Part shown: in pieces, positions 37,800 through 50,412 of the stretch
Layout of the letters: every line of letters starts with the position of its first letter
How positions within the stretch are numbered: position 1 is the first letter of the stretch
NCBI GenBank assembly: GCA_030390025.1
Contig: CM059432.1
Location: 101,248,001 to 101,312,000, forward strand
DNA length: 64,000 nucleotides
Source: Squalus acanthias
Taxonomy: Eukaryota
Direction: 5' to 3'
Made by a program: the position numbers and the translations under genes
The notes under the pieces: model-generated
The model's database searches: none
Told to the model about the DNA's origin: nothing
The model's input: the letters and a program-made list of their open reading frames with translations, nothing else

Positions 37800-38170
37800 A
37801 GACTACTCTGACTTAATGAAAGTACAGTGATCTAACCTTACACAGGTCACTGACAACCATAAACGAATGCTAGTCATGAGTGGCCTTAGAAGATAACCCC
37901 AGACAGTGTCTTCGACCAGTAACTTCTCCCTGAAGTCAGCGAATCTAGCCATATTTTTCTGTTGGCTTTCCAGAAGGTATTGGGCCCTTCCACAGTGTTT
38001 GTTGGAGATATCCTTCACCCTAATACATAATTGTACCTGCAGGGAGTGCTGCCGATACCTTGACCATCCCTTCTAAATAATCTTTTGGATGAGCCTCCTT
38101 CGACCATGATGCTAAATCCAGCAGGGTAACACAGAGGGAACCCCCAGATTACAGCATCACAGGAAAGAAA
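37800..38170 (-). mobile_element. Possible ancient LTR-retroelement integrase C-terminal relic
   Basis: Minus-strand LWKGP followed, in another frame, by VRLDHC, resembling the GPY/F module and HxxHC of retroviral integrases; weak. Confidence 0.3.
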
Positions 38171-38614
38171 TGCACAGATTCACTGCTGAAGACCACAAAG
38201 TATACAAACTAGGCATGCACATTACTCATGTAGAACACAATAAATATATGGTATATTTTCTAATCACAATCTTTATTTCCTAATGTTTACATGTACATCT
38301 GACTAGGAAAAGGGCAACAACAAGTTCAGGAAATGAGAACGGTTGCTGTTGTAGCAAGAGGAGGCAATTTGTTTAGTGGGAGCAATCGTATGTATGAATC
38401 TATGTAATGTTTCCTTGAGGTGCATGTTTGATAGGATGGGTCTCTGTGTGGACTAGTATAAGCCAGACTGATAAATGAGGTTTTTCACATTGGTGCTAGA
38501 GGGAAAATTTTCTGATTGCATCCTCCCATTGTAGAGCCTCACCCACTGGGGAGCACATATCATGAAATTTTGCACACACATCCCATCCATTAATTTTAAT
38601 GGACAGAAAATCAA

Positions 38615-41030
38615 ATCATAAGAACATAAGAAATAGGAGCAGGAGTAGGCCATTCGGCCCTTCGTGCCTGCTCCGCCATTCAATGAGATCATGGCTGATC
38701 TTCTGCCTCAATTCCATTCACCGGCCTTATCGCCATATCCCTTGATGCCCTTACTAGTCAGAAATCTATCGACTTCTGTTTTGAATATACCCAAAGACTG
38801 AGCCTCCACAGCCCTCTGGGGTAGAGAATTCCAAAGATTCACCACCCTCTGTGTGAAGAAATTTCTTCTCATCTCAGTCCTGAATGGCCTACCCTTTATC
38901 CTGAGGCTGTGGCCCCTCATTCTAGACTCCCCAGCCAAGGGAAACATTCTCCCAGCATCTACCCTGTAATAATGTTGTATGCTTCAATGAGATCCCCTCT
39001 CATTCTTCTGAATTCAAGAGAATACAGGCCTAGTTTACTCAATCTCTTCTCATACGACAGTCCCGCCATCCCAGGAATCAATCTTGTGAACCTTTGTTGC
39101 ACTCCCTCTATGGCAAGTATATCCTTCCTTAGGTAAGGAGACCAAAATTGTACACAATACTCCAGGTGTGGTCTCACCAAGGCCCTATATAATTGGAGTA
39201 AGACTTCTTTACTCTGTACTCAAATCCTCTTGTAATGAAGGCCAGCATACCATTTGCCTTCCTAATGGCTTGCTGCACCTGCACATTCACTTTCAGTGAC
39301 TCATGTACAAGGACACCCAGGTCCCTTTGAGCATCTGCATTCCCCAATCTTTCACCATTTAGGAAATACTCTGCCTTTCTGTTTTTTCTATCAAAGTGGA
39401 TAACTTCACATTTATCCACATTATAATCTACCTGCCATGTTCTCGCCCACTCACTGAGCCTGTCGAGATCCCCTTGAAGCCTCTTCACATCCTCTTCGCA
39501 ACTGACACTGCCACCTAGCTTTGTGTCATCAGCAAATTTGGAAATGTTACATTTAGTCCCCTCATCCAAATCATTGATATAGATTGTGAATAGCTGGGGC
39601 CCAAGCACCAATCCTTGCGGTACCCCACTAGTCACAGCCTGCCATCCTGAAAAAGACCCGTTTATCCCTACTCTTTGTTTTCTGTCTGTTAACCAATTCT
39701 CAATCCATGCTGGTATATTACCCCCAATTCCATGTGCCCTAATTTTGTTCACCAACCTCTTGTGTGGGACCTTATCGAAGGCCTTCTGAAAATCCAAATA
39801 CACCACATCTACTAGTTCCCCTTTGTCTACTCCACTAGTTACATCCTCAAAGAACTCCAATAGGTTTGTCAAACAGGACTTCCCTTTCATAAATCCATGT
39901 TGACTCTGCCCAATCTTACTATTAGTTTCTAAGTGCCCAGTTATTGCATCCTTTATAATAGATTCCAGCATTTTCCCAACTACTGATGTGAGGCTAACAG
40001 GTCTATAGTTCCCCGTTTTCTCTCTCCCTCCTTTCTTAAATAGCTGGGTTACATTTGCTATCCTCCAATCTGCAGGAATTGTTCCAGAATATATAGAATT
40101 TTGGAAGATGACAACCAATGCGTCCACTATCCCAATGGTCACCTCTTTCAAAACCCTAGGATGTAGGTCATCCAGTCCTTGAGATCTATCGACTTTTAGT
40201 CCCATTAATTTTGCTAGTACTGTTTTTTTACTAATAATAATTTCTTTAAGTTCCTCATTCTCACCACACCCTTGGTTTTCTCGTATTTCTGGGAGGTTTT
40301 TTGTGTCTTCCTCCGTGAAGACAGAAATAAAGTATTTATTTAATTTCTCAGCCATTTCCTCATTCCCCATTATAAATTCTCCCATCTCTGACTGTAAAGG
40401 ACCTACATTTACCTTTGCCAGTCTTTTCCTTTTCACATACCTATAGAAGCTTTTACAATCCATTTTTATATTTTTCGCTAGTTTGTGCTCATATTCCATT
40501 TTCCCTTTCTTTATCAATTTCTTGGTCCCCCTTTGCTGATTTCTAAAATGATCCCAATCCTCAGGCTGACTGCTTTTTCTGGCAACTTTATAAGCTTCCT
40601 CCTTTGACTTAATACTAGCTTTAATTTCTTTTGTTAGCCATGGTTGGATCACTTTTCCTTTTGGGTTTTTATGCCCTAGAGGAATATATGTTTGTTGCAA
40701 ATTATGCATTATTTCCTAGAATGTTAGCCATTGTATGTCCACCTTCATACCTTTTAGTGCAGTCTCCCAATCTACCATGGCCAACTTGTCCCTCATACCC
40801 TTGTAGTTTCCTCTGTTTAGATTGAAGACCTTAAATTCAGATTGGACTACATCACTCTCAAACTTAATATAAAATTCAATCATATTATGGTCACTTGTCC
40901 CTAAAGGCCCCTTTACCACAAGATTATTGATTAGCCCTTTCTCATTACACAGTACCAGATCCAGAATAGCCTGTTCCCTGGTTGGTTCCTCCAGATACTG
41001 ATCCAGGAAACCATCTCGCATGCATTCCAT
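38615..41030 (-). mobile_element. CR1 LINE, 5'-truncated; long RT ORF (39174-40709) with a few disruptions
   Basis: GTSDHNMI, NYRPVSLTSVVGK, YLDFQKAFDKVPH, GVPQGLVLGP, KFADDTK; tail repeat aagaacataagaaatagg on the + strand; same family as 15187-17586. Confidence 0.95.
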
Positions 41031-43309
41031 GGGCTTTTAGAAGAGGTTTACAAACCTACTTTTATATTAAAAAAATGTAATGTCTGTACACAACAGAATA
41101 CTGATGACTTGATGCATATGGCACTGCTGTTTCTAGGTGGTGTACTGTTGGAAACATTACTAACACTTGGAAATTCAATCCATTGTTTCCCCTCCCCATA
41201 TCCACAGCAGAAAGTGCTTTGCTATACATTATTCTTCAGTGTCATTAAAAAAATACAACAGCAAGGCATTTTGAATCTATTAAGTTTCTTGTTACTGCAA
41301 AATAATTGAACAAAAGTACTGAGTACCAAAACCAGACAATAGTCAGTGTTGTAACAACAGATTTTGAAAATCAGACCTCAGTCTCTATCAAGCGCAGATG
41401 GATCGAATGGGATGGACTATATCTTTCCACTAGGAAACTTTTTGACCTTGTGAGGTTTTCCAATTGTGCCCTTGTTCCCTTGCCCCAATCTTTGCTTCTT
41501 CTAACCTTTGCACCTTAGGATTCATTGGGGTCGATTATTGTATCCAGCGTACATTGGGGGAGGGGAAGGCTGTCCACTCCACCCACCTGACCATGCCATG
41601 TTGGACCTCATTCTAATAGAAACAGCATGTTGCCAGCACTGAAGTGGCCAACATAAATCATTTAATGAAACCTTTTTTGAAGTGGTCAGCAGCCTTTAAG
41701 AACCTCCATTTTGGCTGCTCCACACTCAGTTCCATTGGACACAGTGCATGAAGCATGTGTTCTGCCTGTAGAAGATAAAAACTGCATTGGGATCCTAAGT
41801 GTGTCCTAGGACTCCAATTTATATATATTGATGAGGCTCCGGCCTGTTTCGGGTGGGAGTGCTGGCCGCCTAAATTGAGGCTCACTCGAAAATCATATAG
41901 GGCGGAACCTCAGGCAGGCAATTAAGCGGTAGGTTTTTGACATTTTCGTAGCACTACTGTACCACTCACGATGAAAAATAGGGCAGTAGTGAGACGAAAA
42001 TCATTCTCATTATTTTGTTCCCGTGTCTCTCTTTTTCTCCTGGTAATTCATTGTCTGTGGGAAGTAGATTCAGAAGTGATGCAGCTTCTTGAACAGCTTG
42101 CCACAAGATTAAATATTGAAATGACCCATGTCATTCTGGCTATCTTTTAGAAAAAAGGTTTTCTCAAGGAGGTCAGGGAGTGGCCTATCTCACTGGTAAT
42201 CTGTCTGTGGCATGAAGTACTGATAACATATGGAATGTCTTGGGAACACAGTCATGTGTTTTATCAATCAATCTTAATATCTGGCTATCTCTGCAGAAAT
42301 TTCAGTTCTGGTAAATCACATAATACTTCAGCATAATATGTCTACATGTGCTTGGTTTACTATTTATTTAATACTCCATTACACTGAAGAAACAATAGCA
42401 ATTTTACATAATTTTTGAATGATTCATGCTGGTGCACAAGACATTGTTATTCATCCATGTTTGCCTTGTTGGAGAATACAGAATCACAGTATTAGCACTG
42501 TGTATTGGTAGTTAACAAACTCTAGGGCAGGAGGTGCATAATTCAACCAAAAAAAGAAATGCTCCTGTAATAACCTTGTTGCGAATCTCAACAGAAGGAA
42601 AAAGTCAGCTGGATGAGAGAATTGTTCCACATATGGTACAGATATTTTGCTCAGTAGGGGCCAAATTAATTCTTAAGACTCCAAAAATTGCATAAGTGCA
42701 GCCTAGCAGTATCTTGGCTTGAATTTTCTACACAGGTAAACAGTTTAATGCAGGACCAAATCGGATAATACATTTAAACAAAGGGAGATTGAAACCAAAG
42801 AAGATACCTGTCCACTTTCAGTCGGCTTTATTTCTCAAGCTGGTCCTGAAAATTAAGAGTCGATCTGGGGAGCAGGTGGAAGACTGTAATGATGTTTTGT
42901 GGGTAGTTTTATATGCTGTTACAGTTTTGTGTGTGTAGAATTTAGCCAAGTTATAAAATTCCATTTAATATCTGTCAAACAAAAAGCTAAAATGTTGCTT
43001 GTGTACTGAAGATTGTTGTCTAGTCAGTAATTTTCAATGAATCATTGAACTTTCAGAATTTGAGTTCAATAATTGGGAGTAGACCAACTGTTCATACAAG
43101 TTGTTCTCCTGGAATTTTATTTCCCTCTGGTTAATTTTTTCAACTTATTTGGGCAAATGTTGGAACTTTACACTCTTAAGTTGATTCCATTGTGGTAATC
43201 ATGAGAGAAAGAATGGAAATGTTGTTGTGTGTACTTCTGCACATTTTACAGTTTGACACATGCATTGTCATAGTCTTTCTCAGCCTAGATACATTTTAAT
43301 AGAGATATT

Positions 43310-44087
43310 AGCCCAGAATTTGCAGTGGATAATAACAGCAAATGAACAGCTTTCGCTGTCATTACCCCTTTGAACTGACCGCAACTTCAGTATGTAGCGC
43401 ATGCGCATCCTAACGCGGAAATCCTGAAGTTGCGGTCAGTCGTTCACTACTCCAACTCTGGCTGCGCCATGGTCCCCCCCCCCCCCCTAACCCGCACAGC
43501 TGGCAATCAGTGTAATCTGTCAAATCATGGAAACTGACGAAAACTTCAGCTCTTCCGCGGTAAAATCGCTGTTAAATGTCCCATTAAAAATTAGGCCACT
43601 TTGGATTAGGTGTGAATGGGGTTTTAACAATATATTGACTGCTAAACAAAGGTAATGGCCCTGAAAAACTAATTTTAATTTTGTGGCGTGTCAAATTTAG
43701 CCATTTTAATGAAAATTAACATTTTTAAGAAACTTAAAAAAATTTTTTTTAAAGTTTGTTCATCTTTATTTCAGGTTTTCCTTTTCCCCATGTGAGACCC
43801 AATCTTTGTTTTGCTCTCTCTAACATTTTTAAATGTTTGAATCAAAGGAGCTTACCCGCTTCCTGATTCGCTGTCTGTGAGAATTCTACATTTTGATTGG
43901 CTGCTTCGAGAGCTTGTTGATGTCGCAGCAGCTCGCGTTATTGATTCCCCATTAACTTGCGTTGATTTCAATTATATGTCAGAAAAGCCAACTTCTCGCC
44001 ACAGAAATTGTGAGATCTTTGCGGGAAGCTTACTTCGGGGCCAGCGGTGACTGCCTTTGCTTCGCCGCTGACCGCAAATTATGGGCC
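43310..44087. mobile_element. Non-autonomous TIR element (MITE)
   Basis: TIRs agcccagaatttgc / gcaaattatgggcc; ATT TSD. Confidence 0.8.
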
Positions 44088-44210
44088 ATTCGTTATAAAA
44101 CATGTTCTGTGATTCTTTTCCTTTGTATCAGGTGATGGGCTTCAACATGAATAGTTAATATCAAAATGTCAATGTCTATGAGGGAGACACCAAACAATTT
44201 CTAACAATTG

Positions 44211-44650
44211 TGTCAACTGTGGCTCAGTGGGTAGCACTCTCGCCTCTGAGTCCCACTTGAGCATAACAATCTAGGCTGACACTACAGTGCAGTGCTGAGG
44301 GAGAGCTACACTGTCGGAGGTGCCGTCTTCTGGATGAGACGTTAAACCGAGGCCTCATCTGCTCTTTCAGGTGGACATAAAAGATCCCATGGCACTATTT
44401 TGAAGAAGAGTTATCCCCTGTGTTGGCCAATATTTATCCCTTAATCAACATAACAAAAAACAGATTATCTGGTCATTATCACATTGCTGTTTGTGGAAGT
44501 TTTGCTGGGTGCAAATTGGCTGCCGCGTTTCCCACATTACAACAGTGACTACACTTCAAAAAAAGTACTTCATTGGCTGTAAAGCCCTTTGGGCCATCCG
44601 GTGGTCATGAAAGGTGCTACATAAATGCAAGTCTTCTTTTTCTTTTTTTA
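44211..44650 (+). mobile_element. tRNA-headed Deu-domain SINE (SacSINE1-like)
   Basis: Head tgtggctcagtgggtagc; core ggatgagacgttaaaccgagg...aaagatcccatggcactatttt; tail ataaatgcaagtcttcttt. Confidence 0.85.
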
Positions 44651-44691
44651 AACAGACAATGACTCCAAGCTTTGATAGCATTAAAGATATT

Positions 44692-45165
44692 GGCCTAAGA
44701 GGGCGCTAACGGGGCGCAAAGCAGCTAGCGCCTGGGCGCGGCACCACCAACGCCTCCAGCGAAATTCAGCGGGAGGTTAGCGGCAGTGGTAACCGTTAGT
44801 GCCCTGCGGAGCTGCGCCGCTGGCAATGACGTCATCGCCATGGGCAGCGCCCCGGCAGCAATCTTCCGTAGCGTCCCCTGACTTACCGCCGGACGCCATG
44901 TCTGACGGGGTCAGGGGGGCCTACCTGCAGCCGGGGCGGCGCAAATTAAAGGGGAGGTACTGGGCGGCCATTTTTGTTGCTGGCCGCCTGCCAGCACCTG
45001 TCCCCCTTTGCCATCTCCGGCATCCTCTGCAGCTCCCCCGCGGAGTGCCGACTGCGCTCCGTGAGCCCGGCACTTCTCTTGAGTGTCGGGCTCTTTTGTC
45101 GGCACCCTGATCCCTGGTGGCCCAGCTGTAGGAGGTTACACAGATAGGCAGCGGTGAGGTCATGT
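44692..45165. mobile_element. Harbinger terminal-region fragment
   Basis: Repeats gggcgctaacggggcgcaaa and tagcgcc match the subterminal regions of the 6533-10692 element. Confidence 0.55.
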
Positions 45166-46775
45166 AGCAATTTAAACACAGTGATTAGAATTTGAAATTT
45201 GTGGCATTGGGGTACCAGTAGCCAATGTAGGTCAGCGAGGACATTGGTGATGGGTGAGTAGGACTTGGTGTGGAATAAGATACGGGCAGCAGAGTTTTGG
45301 ATGAGCTGAAGTTTACAGATGGTGAAGCATGGGAGGCCGGCCAGGAGAACATTGGATTAGTCGAGAGTTGAAGTGATAAAAGCATGGATGAAGGTTTCAG
45401 CAGCAGATGGTCTGAGGCAAGGGTTGAGACAGGTGATGTTACAGAGGTGAAAGTAGGTGATCTTTTTGATGGAGAGGATATGGTGTCAGAAACGCAGCTC
45501 AGGGTCATTTAGAATGCCGAGGTGGGGAACCCTCTGGTTCAACCTGAAACAATGGCCGGGGAAGGAGATGGAATTGTTGGTGAGGGTATGAAATGCATGG
45601 CGAGGGCCAAAGGTGATGGCGTTAGTCTTCCCAATGTTTAACTGGAGCAAATTATTAGGACTGGATGTCGGACAAGCAGTCTGACAACAAAGGCAGTCGA
45701 AGAGTTGAGAGAGAAGGTGAAGACATAGAGCTGGCTGTCTTCAGTTTACATGCGGAGGCAGACCTCATGGGCTGGATTTTGTCAATGGGGACGTGATGGA
45801 GGCGGGACTCCCACTTTTTGGGTTGTAGTCCCGCCTCCATTGACTTGTGGCCAACCCACTGTATTTTCCCTTGATTGACCTTGTTAAGCCCGCCCAGCGG
45901 GCTTAGCAGGCCAATTAAGGGTCCCTTGGATACAGGTGACGTCAGCCATTGAAATTTCATCTGTCAAGAGCTTTTGACAGATGAAATTTCAGCGTTTGAC
46001 AGCTCTGTGAAGCTGTCAAACATTGACAATATGATTTCTAACGTGAGTCCCCGTACTTTAGACTCAGTTAGAAATCAATCCAGCACAGAAAGCAGAGACT
46101 GCAGCTTTTGACAGCTCCGCGGCCATTCTGCTTTCTGTGCCGTGGATGTGAGGGACTCCCAACACCTTAGCCTGCAGGACAAAGTTAAGGTAAGTACAAG
46201 TTCTTAAAACACTTTACACACACCAAACACACTTACCTCTGCACTCATGCGCCCATCACTCACCTGCACACCGGACATCTCGACCCCTCCAAGCCCTCCA
46301 GACCGACGGTCCGCCTCACTAAATCGGCGTGGTTCGGACCTGTCGGGAAGCCCACACTTCAGGGCCAAAAATAGGGATTAGGCAAAAAACTGCCTGTTAA
46401 CTACCTGTTAACAGGCAGTTTATTGGCACTAATCCCCTTCCTGCCTCAGGGAGGCGGGTCCCAGCACAGGTCGGGTACCCGCCTCCTGTGAAACTGGCAT
46501 GGAGGTGGGTTGGGGACGGGATGGGTTCGGGACCCCCGAATCTGCTATTTTCCCACCCCAAACGCCTCCAAACCCGCCTCCACGGGTCAATGAAAATTCT
46601 GCCCCATGTCTCTGGATGATGTTACCAAGGGACAGAATGTAGATGAGGTAGAGGATGGGGACATGGACAGATCCAAGGGGGACTCTAGAGGTAATGATGC
46701 TGGGGCTGGAAGAGAAGCCATTGCTGGAAATACTCTGCCTATGATCAGCTAGGTAAGAGTGGAACCAAGAAAAGG
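45165..46775 (-). mobile_element. L2 LINE ORF2 relic (45165-45768 plus 46608-46775), interrupted by a MITE
   Basis: Minus-strand AAETFIHAFITS...LAGLP...KLQLIQNSAARIL...LADLHWL is typical of the L2 ORF2 C-terminus. Confidence 0.75.
45769..46604. mobile_element. Non-autonomous TIR element inserted into L2
   Basis: TIRs gggctggatttt / aaaattctgccc with a perfect CAT TSD (45766-45768, 46605-46607). Confidence 0.85.
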
Positions 46776-47070
46776 AACAGCGTCTGTCAACACATAATAA
46801 TGTGCATTGCCAAATTAATGCTAATCTGTGCGGAATGCTGAATTACGAGTATATTTATGCTATGGACCTATGTCCATGAAGATCTAGTCTGAGATGTGGC
46901 AAGCTGATTTGAAATAGGATCCATACAAATGGAGAGGGAGAAGACTTTCATCCCATCAACCTGAACTGGATATGAATCAGTGCCCCAGAAGTAAAAGAGG
47001 TATGTTAAGCCACTGTCCATCCAATTGACACCCAGGCCAATTTTCATCCTCTATGCCTGGTAGAAATGAG

Positions 47071-47278
47071 AAGTCGTACAACATCAGGTTATAGTCCAAC
47101 AGTTTTATTTGAAATTACGAGCTTTCAGAGCTCTGCTCCTTCGTCAGCTCACTGTACCTGACGAAGGAGCAGCGCTCCGAAAGCTCGTAATTTCAAATAA
47201 AACTGTTGGACTATAACCTGGTGTTGTGCGACTTCTCATTTTTGTCCACCCCAGTCCACCACCGGCATCTCCACATCA
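47071..47278 (+). mobile_element. Penelope-like inverted-pLTR insertion with hammerhead motif
   Basis: 13-bp TSD tggtagaaatgag (47058-47070, 47279-47291); about 84-bp inverted arms, 10-nt spacer, about 37-nt unpaired tail. Confidence 0.8.
47155..47189 (+). ncRNA. Minimal type I hammerhead ribozyme motif
   Basis: tac-CTGACGA-a-ggagc(agc)gctcc-GAAA-gct-C-gta: conserved core, stem II, palindromic stem III AGCT, CUC triplet. Confidence 0.6.
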
Positions 47279-48664
47279 TGGTAGAAATGAGGCAACAGCG
47301 CTGGAACTAGCTGCACAGCACTTACCGCCACATTGCTACCAAGGTCTGGGTTTCCGCCATGTTGGTGCGAGCCTTTAAATGGATGGCCCAGGTGCCCACT
47401 TGAAACAGGCAGGAGCCTCATTAGCCCGAGCAAACTGAGATCTTATGACTGCAATAGGGCCCTGATGCAATTTTGAAGTACCAATGGGTGGAGCGAGCGC
47501 CTTTGGTACTTGACATTGAATGGCCGAAACCAGCCATGCTAAAAAGTGGTCACTGCAGGCTGCTCAAAAAAAAGTTTCAAAAGGTTTGTAAATTATTTTT
47601 GTGTATTATTGCTCCTTATGACCTCAAAAAAAATCGATCCTCTGTGACCTCTACCTCTTAACTTACCTGCACCAGCTCTGAGGTGGAGCTGCTGGATTTT
47701 CTGCCCCCTCCGATCAGCGAGCTTCTCCAAAAGCAATGAGTAGCTCACCGATGTAATTCTAATGAGGTCTGTCCACAAACATTGGTCAAACCACTTCCAT
47801 CAGGCTGAAAGTGGGCTGCCTCCACTCGCTTCCCGCTCGATGGAATCGGTTACGCAAAATCCTACCCTATCATTTTATAAAAAAACAAGTATGAAATTTC
47901 AGATGGAGAGTTTTGAAAGAGTTTCCTGCAGCACTGAGGGTACCTCCAAAATGGCTATGCAGAAAGTTTATTAGCATTTACATTAGTCCCTTTGCACCAA
48001 TATGGACTTAACCACTTTCATACCAGTGACTACGACAAATATAAATGACTATTAGTGGATTTACCAAGGAAGTAAATTATACAAATTAAACATAATTTTA
48101 CCTTTACCTTTAACTCTAAAATGTATCACCAAAAACAATAATCACTGAATCGGGTAGATGTTGACTTGGAGCGATAGTGTAAAACGAGTGATAGCGAATC
48201 GGCAGCCCATTTTACAGCTCTCCCGATGTTTATTTCCGTTGATTTCAAAGTCAAAATCTACTCCAACAACTCCAGCAGAATTGCAGCGGTTTAGCTTTCA
48301 GGCAGCCTTTTATCTGCACTAACCGAGATTTTCCACTTACGTGGATGTGGGACGCGAGAGGAATGTCAGCCTACCACAAAGCTGTGTCCGACCCTGGCCG
48401 ATCTTCCAGATATCGAAGGCTGGCTCCCAACCTGCAGCCCAGGTGGAATTTTGCTGTAGCAGGCCCCGTAAATCTGCTGGAGTGCGGCGGTGCCACCAGC
48501 CATGGAGCTGCCAGTGAATGTCCCGCAAGACTGTCTGAACAATCACCAATTAACCAGGCTTTCTGCTCTTTAAAAATTCAATACAACCTCTCGTCCAGCA
48601 TAGCGATGTTGGCACCAATGTTCCTATGGCACAAATTATAGGAATTATGTCCGAAGACATAAGA

Positions 48665-49608
48665 GGGTGAAGTTCATCTTATGCGGTAATGCAAAATGGG
48701 CAATAGCGAATCGGCAGCCTGTTTTACACTCCCCCTGATTTTCTTTTTCATTGAGGCAGAAATTCCGTTCCCTACGGGTGTGTACGCGTTGTGTACTCAC
48801 CCGTAGGGCCAACGGAAATGCTGGTTTTAGGCATGCACTGCGCATGCGCTGGAAACCGTCATTTCCGATCTGTCAAGAAAGCTCTTGACAGATCCTCTGC
48901 CTGCCCGGGAGCAGGGCCTCTGCGCGGGGGAGAGTTCTGTTTTTTGGAGACCCTCCGCCCGCAGAAAACACTTACAATTCTTGCGCCTGGTAAAAGCAGG
49001 TGTAAGGCCTGCTTTTACCAGGATAAGAGTTGAAAAAAGTAAAAAAAAAAGAATTTCCACTGATTTATCATTTAAAAATACTTTAAAGAAAGGTAAGTTT
49101 ATTTTTAGCCCCGTTAAAAACTTTAATTATTGTTTTCAAAAATTAAAATTTTTGTTTAAAATACTTAATTTATTGTAATTTAAAGTCATTTTAAAAATGT
49201 GATTTAAAAATTTTTTATTTAAAGTTTTACTATGTTTTGGGGGTGATCTCTATTCATATATTTAACAGGTCTTCCTGTCAAATATATGAAGGGAGATTCC
49301 CTTCTCTGATTGGCTCCCCATGGCCCACGTGATCCCAGGGACGCTGCGAACTGCCTGCGCCCCTGGGATACGTGGGCCCTGTGCACCGGCAGTTTGGAGA
49401 GGCCCAGCAGCGGAACTCTGTGCCTCCCGGGAGCCCTCCGGTCTGCGCAGATTTTTCCAGATCGCAGCCCTCCACCCGCGGGAGGCCTGTGAACGGAATT
49501 TCTGGGCCATTAACGTTAATGGAAAAGAAAATAGGGCAGAGTACAAAACAGGCTGCAGATTCGCTATCACCCATTTTGCTCTGCCGCTCAAGTCAAATTT
49601 CACTCCCC
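48665..49608. mobile_element. Palindromic MITE (arms 48665-48752 and 49509-49608) with a nested MITE at 48753-49508
   Basis: Host arms gcaaaatgggcaatagcgaatcggcagcctgtttt / aaaacaggctgcagattcgctatcacccattttgc. Inner element gaggcagaaatt...aatttctgggcc has an ATT TSD. A related half copy lies at 48151-48265. Confidence 0.75.
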
Positions 49609-50412
49609 CAGAACTCTCATATGTATATGCTTACAATAGACCTGCCATATACGGGCAGGTATATTGTACACTGCCAGGTCCTGCCTGTGGGCAATCGGGG
49701 AGGGTGAAAATGGACGCAGTTGTGGAGTGCATCCTCGACCCGTTTTCTGCCCCTGTTCACCCCAATTCCACTGAAAAACTGGAAGGTGGAGGGTGGGAAA
49801 TCCCCACCAGTAAGTTTATCAGAAACAGGACACAAAGAAAACAACTTGAGCTAAATACCTTATAAAATAAAGCACTGCTATCCAGATCAGTATTAACTTT
49901 CACTTTCCATCGTGAGATACAGCTCTACATGGAATATATAATGGTGAACATCATAGGGATTGCAACGAATTATGTACTCATTTCACAAAATATATTTATC
50001 TTAACAACAAAAAGAAATACTAATTCAACACACATTTGGGCAAATACTATATGAATATATTTGCATTCAGAATCTAGCTGAGTTGTAATTATTGCATTCC
50101 AAATGTTGTGTGGAATACATTTCCAAATGTCATATATTGGAAATTTAATATTCAATAATTATATAATTAAGCTAAAAAGTGACTCTTACAAAATTAACAT
50201 TCTAATAACCTTTACCAAATCATCCACTGAATAATCCTAATAAAATTATGCTGATTTTATGGAAATATAATAAGGTTTTGAAATGCTAAACATTTGCTTA
50301 CAAAATAATACCCTTTTCTAGGATCCAGTAGGATCATGTGCGACTGACTTAAACATTACAAGCTGTCGCTGCTTTAAAAAAAAAATTGCTGATAGCTGTC
50401 ATTAGAAATACA

